The position numbers and the translations under genes were made by a program. Shown piece by piece: positions 18,751 through 33,340 of a stretch of 64,000 bases of DNA. The notes below the pieces were generated by a model. The model was not told where the DNA came from and searched no databases. It worked only from the letters and a program-made list of their open reading frames with translations. How positions within the stretch are numbered: position 1 is the stretch's first letter; every line of letters begins with the position of its first letter. Source of the stretch: the human T2T-CHM13v2.0 reference genome, Homo sapiens; the NCBI RefSeq assembly GCF_009914755.1, contig NC_060926.1, one strand, 5' to 3'.

Positions 18751-21556
18751 ATTTCCAAACTGTGATGTTTCCACTCAAGACCACTGTAACTAGTTCATCA
18801 GTATTTTATACTGGAGCAGATGTCAAGATGATAGTCTTTTTCTAATTTAATATAAAGAACATTTGTCTTTGCTGTAATAGCCTTTCCTAGTATGATGATT
18901 TTGCTTATACTATTATTAAGATTGCCAAGACTATATTCCCCCTTTTAATTTTATTTTTTGTCTTATATTTTGAAAGTATCATTAAAATTTTGTTTTCTAA
19001 TTTTTGTTCAATGTACAATAGTTTGACAAGATTCTTCAAGAATAAGGAGTCTAATGGTAAAATATTTAGAAAATGTTGTAGATTTTGGACTCACCTTAAA
19101 TATCTGCAATGCTGTGTGAATGAAGCCTTTTTCAATTGGTTAAAATGATGACTTTTTATTTTCTAAGTTCAAAACTAAAACATTTGTTTTTTGTTGCATT
19201 TGCAATATGGAAAATAATAGGCTGAATATATTTGAAATTGATTAAAATGTTTAATAGAACCATAGTAAATTCCACACTACAGCATCTGAATGTCATAACT
19301 CTAAGTGATCACAAACTTGATACTTGTTTTAAGCAAATTGAGGTAATTAATATGTCTAAATTAGCTCATTACATTACTCTGTATGATTGAAACGTTTATA
19401 ATTAAAAAATAGAATGGTAACATAATATTTATTGTAATGAAGAGAAAGGGCCAAAGATATTTTCAGAAATTTTGTTTTTGCAAATAAGAATTTGTTGGTT
19501 TCACTCACATTAAATAACTATTTGGACACTGTTATTTGTAAAAATTAATTTTTATATCCTCTTTTTTTTTAACCGATTATTTGAATTTCATTTTTTATTC
19601 TTAAGTACTAATTTATACTATACATTGTTTTCTATGTCCCTTACGAAACTCTTATGATGTCTCTTTCAATTGTTTCTTTGCACATCTTCACTTAGATATG
19701 TGTCCTGTCTCACTAATGTGTATTGAACTTCTAAAGAATAAGATCTATGTTTTATCATTTTGCTCTCACACAGGAATCTGCACAGAGAATAATGTAGAAA
19801 TAATATGTAAATCATTAACCAACTAGCTATATATTTATATATTAGTAGTTCTTGCTAAAGAGCTCCAAGCTTACTCATATTGGCAGTTTGGCTTCATGGA
19901 GGAAAATTAAAAACTGCGACTACTTAAATGAAGGCTCCATTTACTAACTAGTCTCTATTTACTCACTGCTGCCTGTTGGTATGATTGTTCTAATGCTGAA
20001 TGCATATAAATAGTAATGACCCTGCATGTGTTTTCAAAATTTGCTATTTTTCAGCACTCATTATTTTGTTTAGCTTGCAGTGAAATTGCAAATAATTATT
20101 TTAATGTATATATGTTAAATTTATTCTAGTTTTTACCCATTTTTGCCTTCAAACAGTCTTTTAAAACGTTGTCTTTTTGAAGCAATCCCAAATAACTTTG
20201 AAAGTGAGTTTGTGATTTAGACAGAGTGATATTTAGATGGAGTAGAATATTCTCTGCATTATAAAACAACTTTTCTCCTAAATTCATTAGAACATCATAT
20301 TCCTTTTTTCTTTTTAAGAAAGGCCTCATGACAATAGTGGTTTTGCACCCAATGCCATTAACCATGCCAATCATCAAAACAGTAGTATTTTTAGCAGACT
20401 GATCCCCTTTTATATTAAAAAAACATTATAAATAAAGGTAGTGTCTATATGTACCAGTAACATAGACATTTAAAGCAAATGTGTGGTAGATTTTGTTTAG
20501 TTTCAATTGAAAATTGGTATCAGAATATAGGGCTACTAATTCTATTGATGTTTACTTGTCTTTCAGTTATTATTTTATGTTTCAGATAGTTGATGAAAAA
20601 TAAACTAATTTCACAGTAAATCATAACTAAGGTTTCTTACATATCAAACTACTATTAAAAATAAATCTAATATAGTGCTTTATATTCATGAATTATAGAT
20701 CATATCAGAAGTAATAATTTTGAAGCTATTGATGATCTTTTTTCTCTAAGGCAAGAAGTCTAATCATTTTGGTGGCGTGATCACCTTCTGGCCTAGTAGT
20801 ATAAAATTTGTGGGTTAGAATTATACTTTATGTTTGAATTGATTAACTTTTGTAGATAAAATTTTGCCTTGTTGTTTGAAACAGGAAGCCCAACTCTTTA
20901 TTTTTCATAAAAATACTCCTTTTTATAAAGCGGTTCTTATGGGAACGAAAAAAACTGTATTAGAACATAGTCTAATAAGTAGTGGGTTAGTGATGACACA
21001 TTTTAAGAAGAGACTGACAGTCATTTGATTTTTTATGTCTGAAAATCCTGTCAACACCAGCATTTTTGGACTATACATGGTCTCTGGACTTCAGTCAGAG
21101 CCATCTGTCTGAATGGCAAACTGCCTATTCATAAATTAGTTGGACCATTTTATCAGGGCAGAAATGCCAGAGAATAATAACTACAAAAGAGCAGGTTATA
21201 CATTTTACTAACTGTTGCCGCATCTATAGGAAACTCTTTCACTGTTATATTTTTTGTCGTAAACAAGGATGACACCTAATCTACCTAAAGTGAGGCCCTA
21301 AGGAAAGGCAGGATTAAGACATTTTAAATTACCTATGGTATTGAAACAAGTCATTTATCAATCTTGAGCTGAAAGTAATAAGCAGGGATGATTTGTGAAG
21401 TGTATATTCAGATGAACAAGTATAGGACATACTCAAAATAAATTTGTACATATAAAATAACTGTAAAGTGATGGTTATAATCTTAGTACAACAGCAATTT
21501 CTTTCCACATGGGACAACATTAAGAATTATAGAACATATTTTAAAAGTGAGTAGGA

Positions 21557-22127
<571 letters not shown>

Positions 22128-22147
22128 GTGAGAAAGGGAAAAGGAAA

Positions 22148-22150
<3 letters not shown>

Positions 22151-22180
<30 letters not shown>
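22151..22180. repeat. (TG)15 microsatellite
   Basis: Direct reading. Confidence 0.97.
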
Positions 22181-22181
<1 letters not shown>

Positions 22182-24361
22182 ATTTCTTTAGGACAAGAGT
22201 GTGTTTGGATTTTCATATCAATAACTTATTTGAAATAAATCACTCCATGTAGCATCAGTTAGATAAATTCTATAAATTAATATAACATGTATAATTTATA
22301 GTTTTTTTAAATTTTCTAACGATGAATTCACTTAAAAGATTATTTTTCTTTCATGTGTCTTCATAGTAAACAAAATTTGTTCATCTTTTATTACAAATAG
22401 TATGTATCCCACTTTCCTAATAGGTGAATTTATTTTACTTCCCAATAATACATTTAATTTTTCCAGGAAGTAAACAAAAATATATTGTGAAGTGTTCTAT
22501 AAATTAACTGACTTCTTTAAATATTTTCCTTCTTGTGTTATTTTATAATGGATTTGATATTTTCATGCTTAAAATATTCTAAGCATCAAACTTTTTCTGT
22601 CAATTTACACACAGTGATAACATATTTAATACATTTCAAACTGTCACAATCTCTAAAAGCATAGAGCACATACCCAGTATAATAATGTAGGCTTTTAAAG
22701 GTGATTGGTGACAAAAGTATAAGTAGTTTTTGTACATTACAAAAATTCCTTCACTGATAATTAAAAAGTAAATTTTCTATATCATGAACAATGAAATAGC
22801 ATATAAATGCTAATGGAAAAGAAGAAAGAGAAGAGACATCATTTTGTAATATATTATGTGCAATTCTGGCATTAGTCCATAATGAAAGTGCTCAACTGTT
22901 ACTATTATGGGAGTTCTAGTACCCCTTCAATATCAATCAAATATTTGTACTATATCCTCTTTCGTCTTAATTGAAAAGTGCATCCTGTAAAGAAATAAAA
23001 TGTAGTAGCATTGCAGATTCAGCAATATAATGTGAGGCTATCCCTTTTAAAAAATTAAATACCCTATCTAGAGTGACCCAGAAATTTTAATTTAATAAAA
23101 TAATTAGCTTAACACATGAAGCTAATAACTTATGAAGGAAATTTATGATTCAATCTTCAGATCCCTTTTTATATATTTATTTTTATTATGCATTAAAATG
23201 TTCATTTTATAATGACTAGTATAAGCTACAAACTACTAATTGCTCTATGACAAATTTCCCAAATATGTATCACACATTAGATTATGTCAAAAGTGGTCTC
23301 ATTTTGTAAGTATTTATTGATAACTGACTGTATTCACATACTTTAGGAATTGTAAGATATGTAGGAAAACAATGTAAGCACTTAAAGTCCCAATACCTTA
23401 AAGATTAGATAAAATTTATGCATGTTTATTACAAAATAAAACGTGGAACTTACCAAGGGGAGGATAAATTAAGTCCTATGAGATTCAAAAGAGGAAAAAC
23501 AGACATCCAGCAGAAGAAAAGGAAAAAGAGATCTTCATGGAGGAGAATTTTATATTTGATTTTGATCTTGAATATATTATTTGGACAGAGAAACAAGGCC
23601 TGACTAAAAAGGAAAACGAAAAAATAACAGAAAATTTCAGCTACATTCCACCGTTTGATTATCAAGAACAGTCACAAGTGATTACATTTTACACCTGGAG
23701 AAGATCACAAGCATAGACAAATACAGACTCTGGGAAACAGGTACATATGGTACATATGAACACTGAGAGTAGAGAAGAAACAATAATTAATAAAAAATTA
23801 GCATCCCTAGCTATACAAGGTAATGTTAGAAGAATTTTATGCAGGTGATCAATTGTAAGAAATCATAGCAACAAAATCCCCAAATCCAGCTGAAATCTTG
23901 TCTAAATTGACTAAATCCCCACAATATCCATCAGGCAGAAAAAACAGTATGCCATTTTTCAGCACGATTGCTACTTACCTCAGATCAGTCTCTGCTGTTA
24001 CATGTCCAGAATTCAGTGTTCAGCATTCAATATAAAATTACAAGAAACAGAGAAGTGCAAAAAAATTCCAACTCACTTTCAACATTTAAAAAACAAAATC
24101 AGACTCATAGAAGGATATAGATGTTGGAAATATAATACAGTGAATTTTAAGTAGCTATTATTAATATGTTAAAGGATCTAATGAAAAGGTTAGGAAATAG
24201 TCAGAATTTCATGAGAATTTTTAGAAAAATGGATATAATGAAAATCAAGTAGAAATGCTAGAAATCAAAGCTTGTAACAAGGATGAAGAATTATGTTAAA
24301 AGTTTCATAAGAGTACTCATCATATTTAAGGAAAGAATCAGGAAGCTTGAAGATAGGTCAT

Positions 24362-24743
24362 TGATATGGTTTGCCCCTGTGTCCCTACCCAAATCTCACC
24401 TTGAATTGTAATCCCCATAATCCCCACATGTCAAAGGCAGGACCAGGTAATTGCACCAGGTAATTGTATCATGGGGGAGGTTTCCCCCCTTCTGTTCTCG
24501 TGCTAATGAGTGAGTCTCACAACATCTGATGGTTTTATATGCATCTGTCATTTCCCCTGCTTGTATTCACTCTGTCCTGCCACCCTGCGAAGAAGGTGTC
24601 TGCTTCTCCCTTGCCTTCTGCCATGATTTTAAGTTTCCTGAGACCTCCCCAGCCATGTGGATCTGTGAGTCAATTAAACCTCTTTCCTTTATAAATTACC
24701 CAGTCTAGGGTATTTCATAGCAGTGTAAGGATGGATTAATACA
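24362..24743 (+). mobile_element. THE1D-like MaLR solo LTR
   Basis: TGATATGGTTTG ... ATTAAACCTCTTTCC ... TAATACA; perfect 5-bp TSD GTCAT; internal 13-bp tandem duplication ACCAGGTAATTG(C/T). Confidence 0.94.
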
Positions 24744-25027
24744 GTCATTAAACATTTTCTCTACTGAAATACACAGAGAAAAAGGAGTGAAGAAAACCAA
24801 TAAAAGAGACATACAAAAGCTGTGGGACAATTAAGAAAAAAACTATTTTAACATGTATGTGATCAAAATTGCAAAAGTGAACGAAAATGGGAAGGAAGAA
24901 ATATTTAAAAATATAATGACTGAGCATTTTCCAAAAATAATGAATAAAAAAACCCCCATCAAACTTTAGGTCCTAAAATCACAGTGAACCCCAAACAATA
25001 TAAACAACAGACACATGCATGCATGTG

Positions 25028-25060
25028 CACACACACACACACACACACACACACAACACA
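25028..25060. repeat. (CA)n microsatellite
   Basis: Direct reading. Confidence 0.95.
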
Positions 25061-26019
25061 CCACCCAGACATTTCATTTTTAAGCTGCTGAAAATCAAAG
25101 ATATAAAGAATATTGAAGGCAGCCAGACAAATATGACAGGTTACATACAGATAAACATAGGTTAAAAACACAGTAGGCTTTCATTGTAAAACCATACAAG
25201 CCCAAAGACAATAGAATGACCTTTAGCAAATACTTCAAGAAAAAATAATTTCTCAATTCAAAATTATGCTACGCAAAACGGCCTTGCAAAATGAAGGAAG
25301 GAAAGACTTTTCAGCCAAAGGAAAGCTGACAGAATTTACTGCCAGTTTATATGTGTTATAAGGAAGATTTTAAATATATATGATACTAAGTAGAAACAGA
25401 TTTGCACCAAAATGATCTAAAAGGGTGCTAAAATATAAAAAAAAAATCCAAAAACTGGTTGCTTATACAACCCTAATGAAAATAACCACAGTATTCTAAA
25501 AGGAAACAAAGGGAAGAATGATGTGCCATTGTTTCTATGCAGAGAAAAAGTGGCCTCTGTCATTACACAACTGTCATTCATTGGTAGATTTAGCATGTAT
25601 GTTGGTTAAAAGATGAATTTCCATGTTCTTACTAAGACTTGAATGAGAAATGAAGAAAATGTAAGAAAGACTAGAACACGGAGAAATAAAGAAAGCATTG
25701 CAAAGGAAAAATATGGACAAACATAAAAAAAATACAAGGCAGTAGAGAAAACAGCTAATAGGATATCTTCATTAGCATGAGTGAAAAGACACAGAAAATA
25801 AGAAGTTAAAAAAACAAAACAAAACAGGTTTTATCCATACCATGAAAAGCCAAAAAAACAGACTAAGTTTACACTTCATTAGGAGGCACTTTGAAAGTCA
25901 ATGAGGAAGAGGGCCACTTAAGTGATTGATTTGTAATCTTCATTCTTTTCAAATGTAGGTGTTTATCACTATAACATAAAGCTATAGGAAAAAATTCTTT
26001 CCCCTTAAAAGCCAATGGA

Positions 26020-28610
26020 GAAAACTGAAAGAAGTGACTCTTACATGGGGATACAAAGATATGAACATAAGAGCATAAGAAACATGATAATGCAAGAAAA
26101 TGTAACAACTCCTAAGAAACACAATAATTCTCCAAGTAATAGATTCCAAAGGACACCTGTAAAATTTCTGAACAGAATTCAAAATAATGATATTAAAGAA
26201 GCTCAGTAGGATACAAGAAGCCATAGATAAATAATATAAACAAATTGGAAAAACAATTCAAGATGCAAATAAGAAATTCAACAAAGAGATAGTTATAATA
26301 ATAAATAACCAAACTGAAATCATGGAACTGAATAATTTAATAAATAAAACAAAAAATATAATTGAGAGCTTCAATAATAGACTAGGTCAAGCAGAAAAAA
26401 CAATTTCTGAATTTGAATATGGGTCTTTTAAAATAACCCAGTCAGAGCAAAAGGAATAAAAAAGAATGAAAAAAGCCAACATGACATACGAGACATAATA
26501 AAGTGACTAAATATTTTAATTTTGGGTGTTCTAGAAGGCAAAGAAGAGATCAATGGCATAGAAAATCTATTTAACCAAATAACTGAAAATGTTGTAATTC
26601 TTATGAGAGGTGTAGACTTTAGATGCAGGAAGCTCACATATCCCTGAATAGAAATGTATTCTTCAAGGTACATTACAGTCAAACTGTCAAAAGTCAAGAA
26701 CAAGGAGTGAATTCTAAAATCAGCAAGAGAAAAGTGTCAAGCCATATATAAGGGAAACCTCATCAGAATAACAGCAGATTTATCAGTAGATATGCTACAG
26801 GCTAAAAGAGAATGGAATGATATATTCAAAGTGCTGAATGAAAAAAGCTGTCAGCCAAGAATACTGTACTCAGAAAAGCTATTCTTTGGGAATGAAGGAG
26901 AAATAAAATCTTTCTAAGACAACAAAAAACTGATGAAATTCATCACCACTATACCAGCCATACAAGAAATGCTTAAGGGTATCCTACACCCAGAAGTGAA
27001 AGGATGCTACCTACTATCAGAAAAACAGACAGAAGTGTAAAACTCACTGATACAACAGATACAAAAATGAGAAAGACAAAGGACTCAAATATTACCACTA
27101 CAGAAAAATACCAAACTGTAATAATAAACAATAAGAGAAAGAGAAAGAAACAAAAGATACACAAAACAACAAGAAAACAATTTTTAAAATAACAGAAATA
27201 AGGCCTCACCTATCTATAATAATCTTGAATGTCAATGAATTATATTTCCCAATTCAAAGATAGAGACTGACCTAAAAAAAATGCATCACCCAACTATATG
27301 CTGCCTACAAGAATCTCACTTCATCTGTAAAGATATATAGAGACTGAAATTAAAGAGATAGAATGATATATTCCATGCAAACAAAACCAAAAATGAGCAG
27401 GAGTAGTTCTACTTGAATCAGATAAAACAGACTTTAAGTCAAAAACAGTAAAAGGAGAAAAAGAAGATTATTATATAGTGATAAATGGATATATTCTGCA
27501 AGAGGATAAAAAATTCTAAATATATATGCACCCAACACCAGAGCACTCAGGCATATTAGATCTAAAGAGAGAGATAGGCTCCAATACAATAATAATTGGA
27601 AACTTCCACATCCCATGCTCATCATTAAACAGATCATCTAGACAGAAATTCAATAAAGAAACATTTATCTTAAACTGAACATTAGACCAAATGGACCTAA
27701 AAAACAGAACATTCTATCTAGCAACTGTAGAATACAAATTCTTCTCATCAGCACATGGAATATTCTCTGGGATAGACGATATGTTAGGACAGAAAACAAG
27801 TCTCAACAAATTGAAAAAATTGAAATTCTATCAAGTGTCTTTTCAGACCACAACAAAATAAAACTAGAAACCAGTAACAAGAGGAACTTTGAAAACTGTA
27901 CAATTACATAGAAAGTGAACAACATGCTTCTGAACAATCATTGGGTCAATGAAGAAATAAAGAAGAAAATAGGAAAAAATATTTTAACAAATGAAAATGT
28001 AAACACAAAATGCCAGAACCTATGGGACACAGGAAAAACAGTGCTAAGAGAAAAGTTTATAGCAATGCACACCTACATCAAAAAAGTAGAAAAATTTTAA
28101 ACAACCACATGATGCACATCAGGAAATTAGACAAAACAAACCAAATTCAAAATGAATAGAAGGAAAGGAGTAATAAATATCAGAGCAGAACTAAATGAAA
28201 TAGAGAACCAAGAAATAAATCTATGTATTTACAATCAACTGATTTTCAACAAAGACAGAGAATATGTGTTGAGAAAAGGAATTCCTCTTAAATAAATGGT
28301 GCTGAGAAAATTGAATATCCATATGCAGAAGAATGACAGCAAGCCTCTATTTCTCACCATACACAAAAATCAACTAAAAATGGTTTTAGGATTTCAACGT
28401 AAGACCCAAAATGATTAAACTAGTAGAAGAAAATATAGGGGGAAAAGCCTATGGACTTTGGGGTAGCAAATATTTTACAGCTAAGGACTGAAAAGTATAG
28501 GTAACAAAAATGAAAATAGGGAAATCAGACTATGTTAAACTAAAAAGCTACTGTCCAACAAAGGAAACAATCAAGGGAGTGAAGAGATATTGAATGGAAG
28601 ACAATAGTTG
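26020..28610 (+). mobile_element. L1M element: ORF1, ORF2 endonuclease region, then a jump to distal ORF2
   Basis: CCAACTATATGCTGCCTACAAGA and TATATATGCACCCAACACC (EN domain); ORF 27915 MLLNNHWVNEEIKK..NLWDT. Confidence 0.87.
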
Positions 28611-28692
28611 ACTGTAAATAATTTTGTGTCTTCTAAAGAAGCTAAGCAAAGGGAGTATATACTTACAGACTTAGTTGTAGCAACTTTCCTAA

Positions 28693-29220
<528 letters not shown>

Positions 29221-29289
29221 TAAATATGAAAAAGAAAAAATACAATTATATAATGTTTTATGTTTGTTGGCTGTTTGTATGTCTTTTTA

Positions 29290-30000
29290 AATATTTCTTC
29301 TAAAAAAATGGGATACATGTGCAGAATCTGCAAGTTTGTTACATAGATATACATGTGCCATTGTGGTTTGCTGCACCTATTAATCCATCCTCTAAGTTCC
29401 CTCCCCTCATCCCTCAACCCAGGCGCTCCAGCCTCCCTGGCTCCAGCAGGGGAAAAGCACAGCCTGGAGCTATAGAGATGGATGCTGCCCTTCCGCAACC
29501 CAAGGGGATTAGCATGTTAGGCAGTTGTGAGTCCTAGTGCTGGTTGCTGCCCCTCCTCCAAGGAGCTCAGATGGCTTAGACAGCAGTCAGCTACAGCCCA
29601 GGTGCTGGTTGCTCCTCCCACTGGGAGTTAGGTAAGCCTAAGCAGATCCCAGCAGAAAGGCTGTTAGGAGTCTGCACGTTCCGGGGTTGGGATACAAGGC
29701 CCAGGTGGTGTGGGTTCACGAGTGAGATCTTTAGATCCGTGGGTTGGTTGCACAGTTCCATGGAAAAAGCATGGCTTCCCCTGCTGGGTAGAACGCTCAC
29801 TCACTGCCTCCTTTGGTTCTCATGTGTGGTCTTCAGGTGGACAGCTGCACCACACTGTTCCTCCTTCTCTCTGTGGGCCAGGCCAGCCTGGCTAGTCAGT
29901 TGTAATGAGAGGACCTGGATACCTTGATTGCTGGTGAAGAATTCACATGCTTATTATGGTTTTTTCAATGGGAGCCTCCAAACACTGCTGTTTCTACTCC
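29290..30000 (-). mobile_element. L1PA8-like element with large internal deletion (3' end fused to 5'UTR)
   Basis: ATTTCTTCTAAAAAAATGGGATACATGTGCAGAA (PA8-type 3' end) joined at ~29420 to a GC-rich 5'UTR ending GGGAGCCTCCAAACACTGCTGTTTCTA. Confidence 0.8.
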
Positions 30001-30064
30001 ACGTTTATATAACTTTTAATAATTACCTACAGTCACCTCTACAAGCACTGCATTTAGCAACACT

Positions 30065-30770
30065 AACATTTGCTTGGGCTGATGTAGGAAGATAGCACAG
30101 GCTGAGTGGCTTAAACATAGAAATTTATTTTCCATTCTGGAGTTTAAAAATATTTTTTCTACTCTGGAAATTAGAAGTCTAAGAATTTTTGCAAAGTTGA
30201 TTTCTTCTAAGGACCATTTAAAAAAACACAACTGGGTCGGGCACAGTGGCTCATGCCTGTAATCCCAGCACTTTGGGAGGTAAAGGCGGGTGATCACAAG
30301 GTCAAGAGATTGAGACCATCCTGGACAACATGTTGAAACCCAGTCTCTACAAAAAATACAAAAATTAGCTGGGCATGGTAGCGTGAGCTTGTAGTCCCAG
30401 CTACTTGGAAGGCTGAGACAGGAGAATTGCTTGAACCTGGGAGGGTGAGGTTGCAGTGAGCTGAGATCGCCACTGCACTCCAGCCTGGTGACAGAGTGAG
30501 ACTCCATCTCAAAAAAAAAGGGAGAACTCTTTCGGGTCCCTCTCCTTAGCTTTTCTCTGTATCTTTATATTGTCTTCCTCCTGTATATGTCTGTGTCCAA
30601 ATTTTCTCTTTTAGTAAAGATAACAATTATATTTGATACGATGCACCTTAATGGCCTAATTTTAATTTTATTACCAGTTCAAAGACCTTTTCTCCAAATA
30701 TCATTACATTCTGAGGCTAGGATTTCAACATATAAATTTTTGGAAGGCATGACATTTCAGACCTTAACAA
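30065..30770 (-). mobile_element. MLT1 (B/C-like) MaLR LTR interrupted by an Alu
   Basis: GGCTGAGTGGCTTAAACATAGAAATTTATT ... ACATTCTGAGGCTAGGATTTCAACATAT ... TAACA. Confidence 0.7.
30235..30519 (+). mobile_element. AluSc-like
   Basis: GGTCAAGAGATTGAGACCATCCTGG and CAGCCTGGTGACAG diagnostics. Confidence 0.93.
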
Positions 30771-30779
30771 GTACTCTGT

Positions 30780-33340
30780 ATTTTCAGGTGTAATCACATT
30801 ATTGTCTGGTGCTACTTCCTTTCTGCCTCAAAACATTCTTTTTTTTTTAATTTTTGTAAATTGGATCTGCTTTGCAATAAATCTGTGTTTTTACTCTACA
30901 TGGAAAAGATTATTTTCTTGTACATAAAGTTCTTGGTGGACAGTCCACTGGCCCTAAACTCTTTAAACAGATTATCCCACTGCCTTCTGGTGTCCATTCT
31001 TTGTTTTGAGAAGTCATTCATTAATCTTATACATGATAATCTTACACATCATCCCTTTATGTGATTATTCATTTTTCTCTTGTTCCTTTCAAGATTTCAT
31101 CATTGTCTTTCAACATTTTGATGATGATATGACTAAGCATGGATCTCTTTATATACACCAACCTGAGGTTGCTGAGTTTCCTACATGTCTAGAATAATGA
31201 TTTTCATAAAATTTGAGGAAGTTTAAGGCATTATTTCCTGGAATATATTTTCTTCTCACTTGCTCTCCTCCTTCTTACACTCTCATCTTTTACATGTTGT
31301 TTTACTTAACTACGTTGTACATTTCTTACATACTCTGTTCTTTTCTGTTTTTTTAAGTTTTTTTTTTACAGATTTGTCACTATGAATCTATCTTTGTGTT
31401 CACTGATTCTTTCCCCTGACAGCTTAAATCTGTTGTTGAGCTCCTGTCATAAATTTTCATTTTTGTTGGCATAAAACCTTCAACTCTAGAACTTCAGTTT
31501 AGTTCTTCTTAGAATTTCTATCTCTTTATAAGTATTCTCTATTTGATGAGTCAATGCCATCATACCTTTCTTAAATTAATTCTTTTTTTGTTTTTTGTGT
31601 TTTGCTTTGAGACAGGGTTTCACTCCTGTTGTCTAGGCTGCAGTATAGTGGTATGATCATGGCTCACTGCAACCTCAACTTCCCAGGCTCAGATGATCCT
31701 ACCACCTCAGCCTCTTGAGTAGCCAGAATTAGAGGTGCATGCCGCCATGCCTGGTTAATTTCTTGTACTTTTAATACATATTAGGTTTCATCATTGTGCC
31801 CAGGCTCATCTCTAACTTGTAGGATCAGGTGATTCTCCCACCTTGCCCTCCCAAATTCTGGTATTACAGCCATGAGCCACCATGCCTAGCCCCCTTCTTA
31901 AGTTCTTTAAGCATGGTGATATTTCCTTCTTTGAACATTGTTATACTAGCTATTTGAACAATTTTGTCTGTTAAGTCGAGTATCTGGGCCTCCCTGAAGA
32001 CAGATTCTATTCAGTGCTTTTTATTCTGAAAACAAATTACTCTTTTTTATTTTCTAAATATCTCATAATTTTTCATTTATAACTGAACATTTTAGATAAT
32101 ATATTAAATCAACTCTAAATACTGATTCAACTTACATTTATACAGCTTGTTATTATTTATTTAGTGGCTTTGCTCGACTTTATTTGTGAAATTTATTTCC
32201 TCCCACAGTGTGCCTCCTTTGATGTTCCCTATAGAGTCCAGTCTTGGCCTTGCACACAATTTCTCTTACCACCAGAGTGGGATTGATTTTAGTCTGGATC
32301 TCTTTAAGTGTTTTTCCCCTGGTCTCCCTGTTAAGCTTCTTGCTGGTCAGCCTCTATTGTTTCACATTCAGCTGGTAATCTCCACTAATAGCCAGCAGAT
32401 GCTATACTGTTTTTGGCTACACTGTGAAGCATACATTTCTCCATAGTCTGATCCAGTAAAATGTGGGCAACTTTACAGAGCCAGGATGTCACTACACTTT
32501 GAGGTAGACCCCACAAACTTTCTTTTTAACTTTCTCTTTCCCTAGCATTTTCTGGTTTAAATATCTACATGCTCTATCATTTTTTTGGTATTTGCATCAT
32601 AGAGCTACCAGTCACCTCTTTGTTGCCCTTACCAATGAACTTCCCCATACTCTGTTCCAAATAAAGGCAGTCTTAGTGTATTACTGTACTGTAGCTGAGG
32701 TTGAGGACAGCAGCCTACTTCTTCTCAGTGACATTATTGCTCTCTAAGCAGGGCACTGGCCAAAGATAGTAGTTCTTGATCTTCTTGGCTTGCCTCTCCC
32801 AATGTGGAACCTCTACCTCATGAGCAAACTGTAGTAGAGACAACTGGGCCTCAGCATTTCCAGCCTACTGCACTTGGGGTAGAACTTCTGCCCTGTGAGT
32901 GAAGTAATAAAACTAAAGTCTTTTTTGGCCACATCTATTTGAAATGGAGTTTCTACAACTTCAGAATTGAAGCTAAGAGATGTCAACAACCTGCCTCTCC
33001 CAGTGCGAAACTGAAGCCCTCAACTGAAAATATAGCCCTAAACTAGTAATTGGTGAGGAAAAACAGCCTGGTCTTTTAGTCTGACTAGTGAAGAGCTGAA
33101 GTAACAATGAGCTGGGAAAGGGAAGAGAAAATTGAAGTGGATTGTGGCTCAAATGCCACAGACTCTCACTCTCTCTTTTTTCTGAGTTTAAATGTATATT
33201 CTTGAATACATATTTCACTATTGGCTGTTTGTCCTTAGAAAAATGTCAGCAGACTACAGCTGTTTTTATAGTTTTCACCAGTCAAAAGACTGTTTTCACT
33301 GAGACAGTGTCCACTAAGCTCCTCTCCCAACCATTTGAGA
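30780..33340 (-). mobile_element. Very old L1M ORF1/5' region fragments
   Basis: T-rich decayed L1 motifs (TCCCACTGCCTTCTGG, AAATTTGAGGAAGTTT, GTTCACTGATTCTTTC). Confidence 0.6.
31583..31891 (-). mobile_element. AluJ
   Basis: Diverged Alu with GATCATGGCTCACTGCAACCTCAACTTCCCAGGCTC. Confidence 0.9.

Larger units (their letters stand above)
23950..25400 (+). mobile_element. Very old L1M ORF1-region fragment, interrupted by THE1D
   Basis: A-rich ORF1-like motifs (GCTATTATTAATATGTTAAAGGATCTA, AAAAGCTGTGGGACAA, AAGCTGCTGAAAATCAAAGAT). Confidence 0.65.

Noticed and set aside
20126-20377. 83-aa minus-strand ORF in unique sequence
   Set aside because: No recognisable domain, non-ATG-anchored start and no clear splice context; length compatible with chance.
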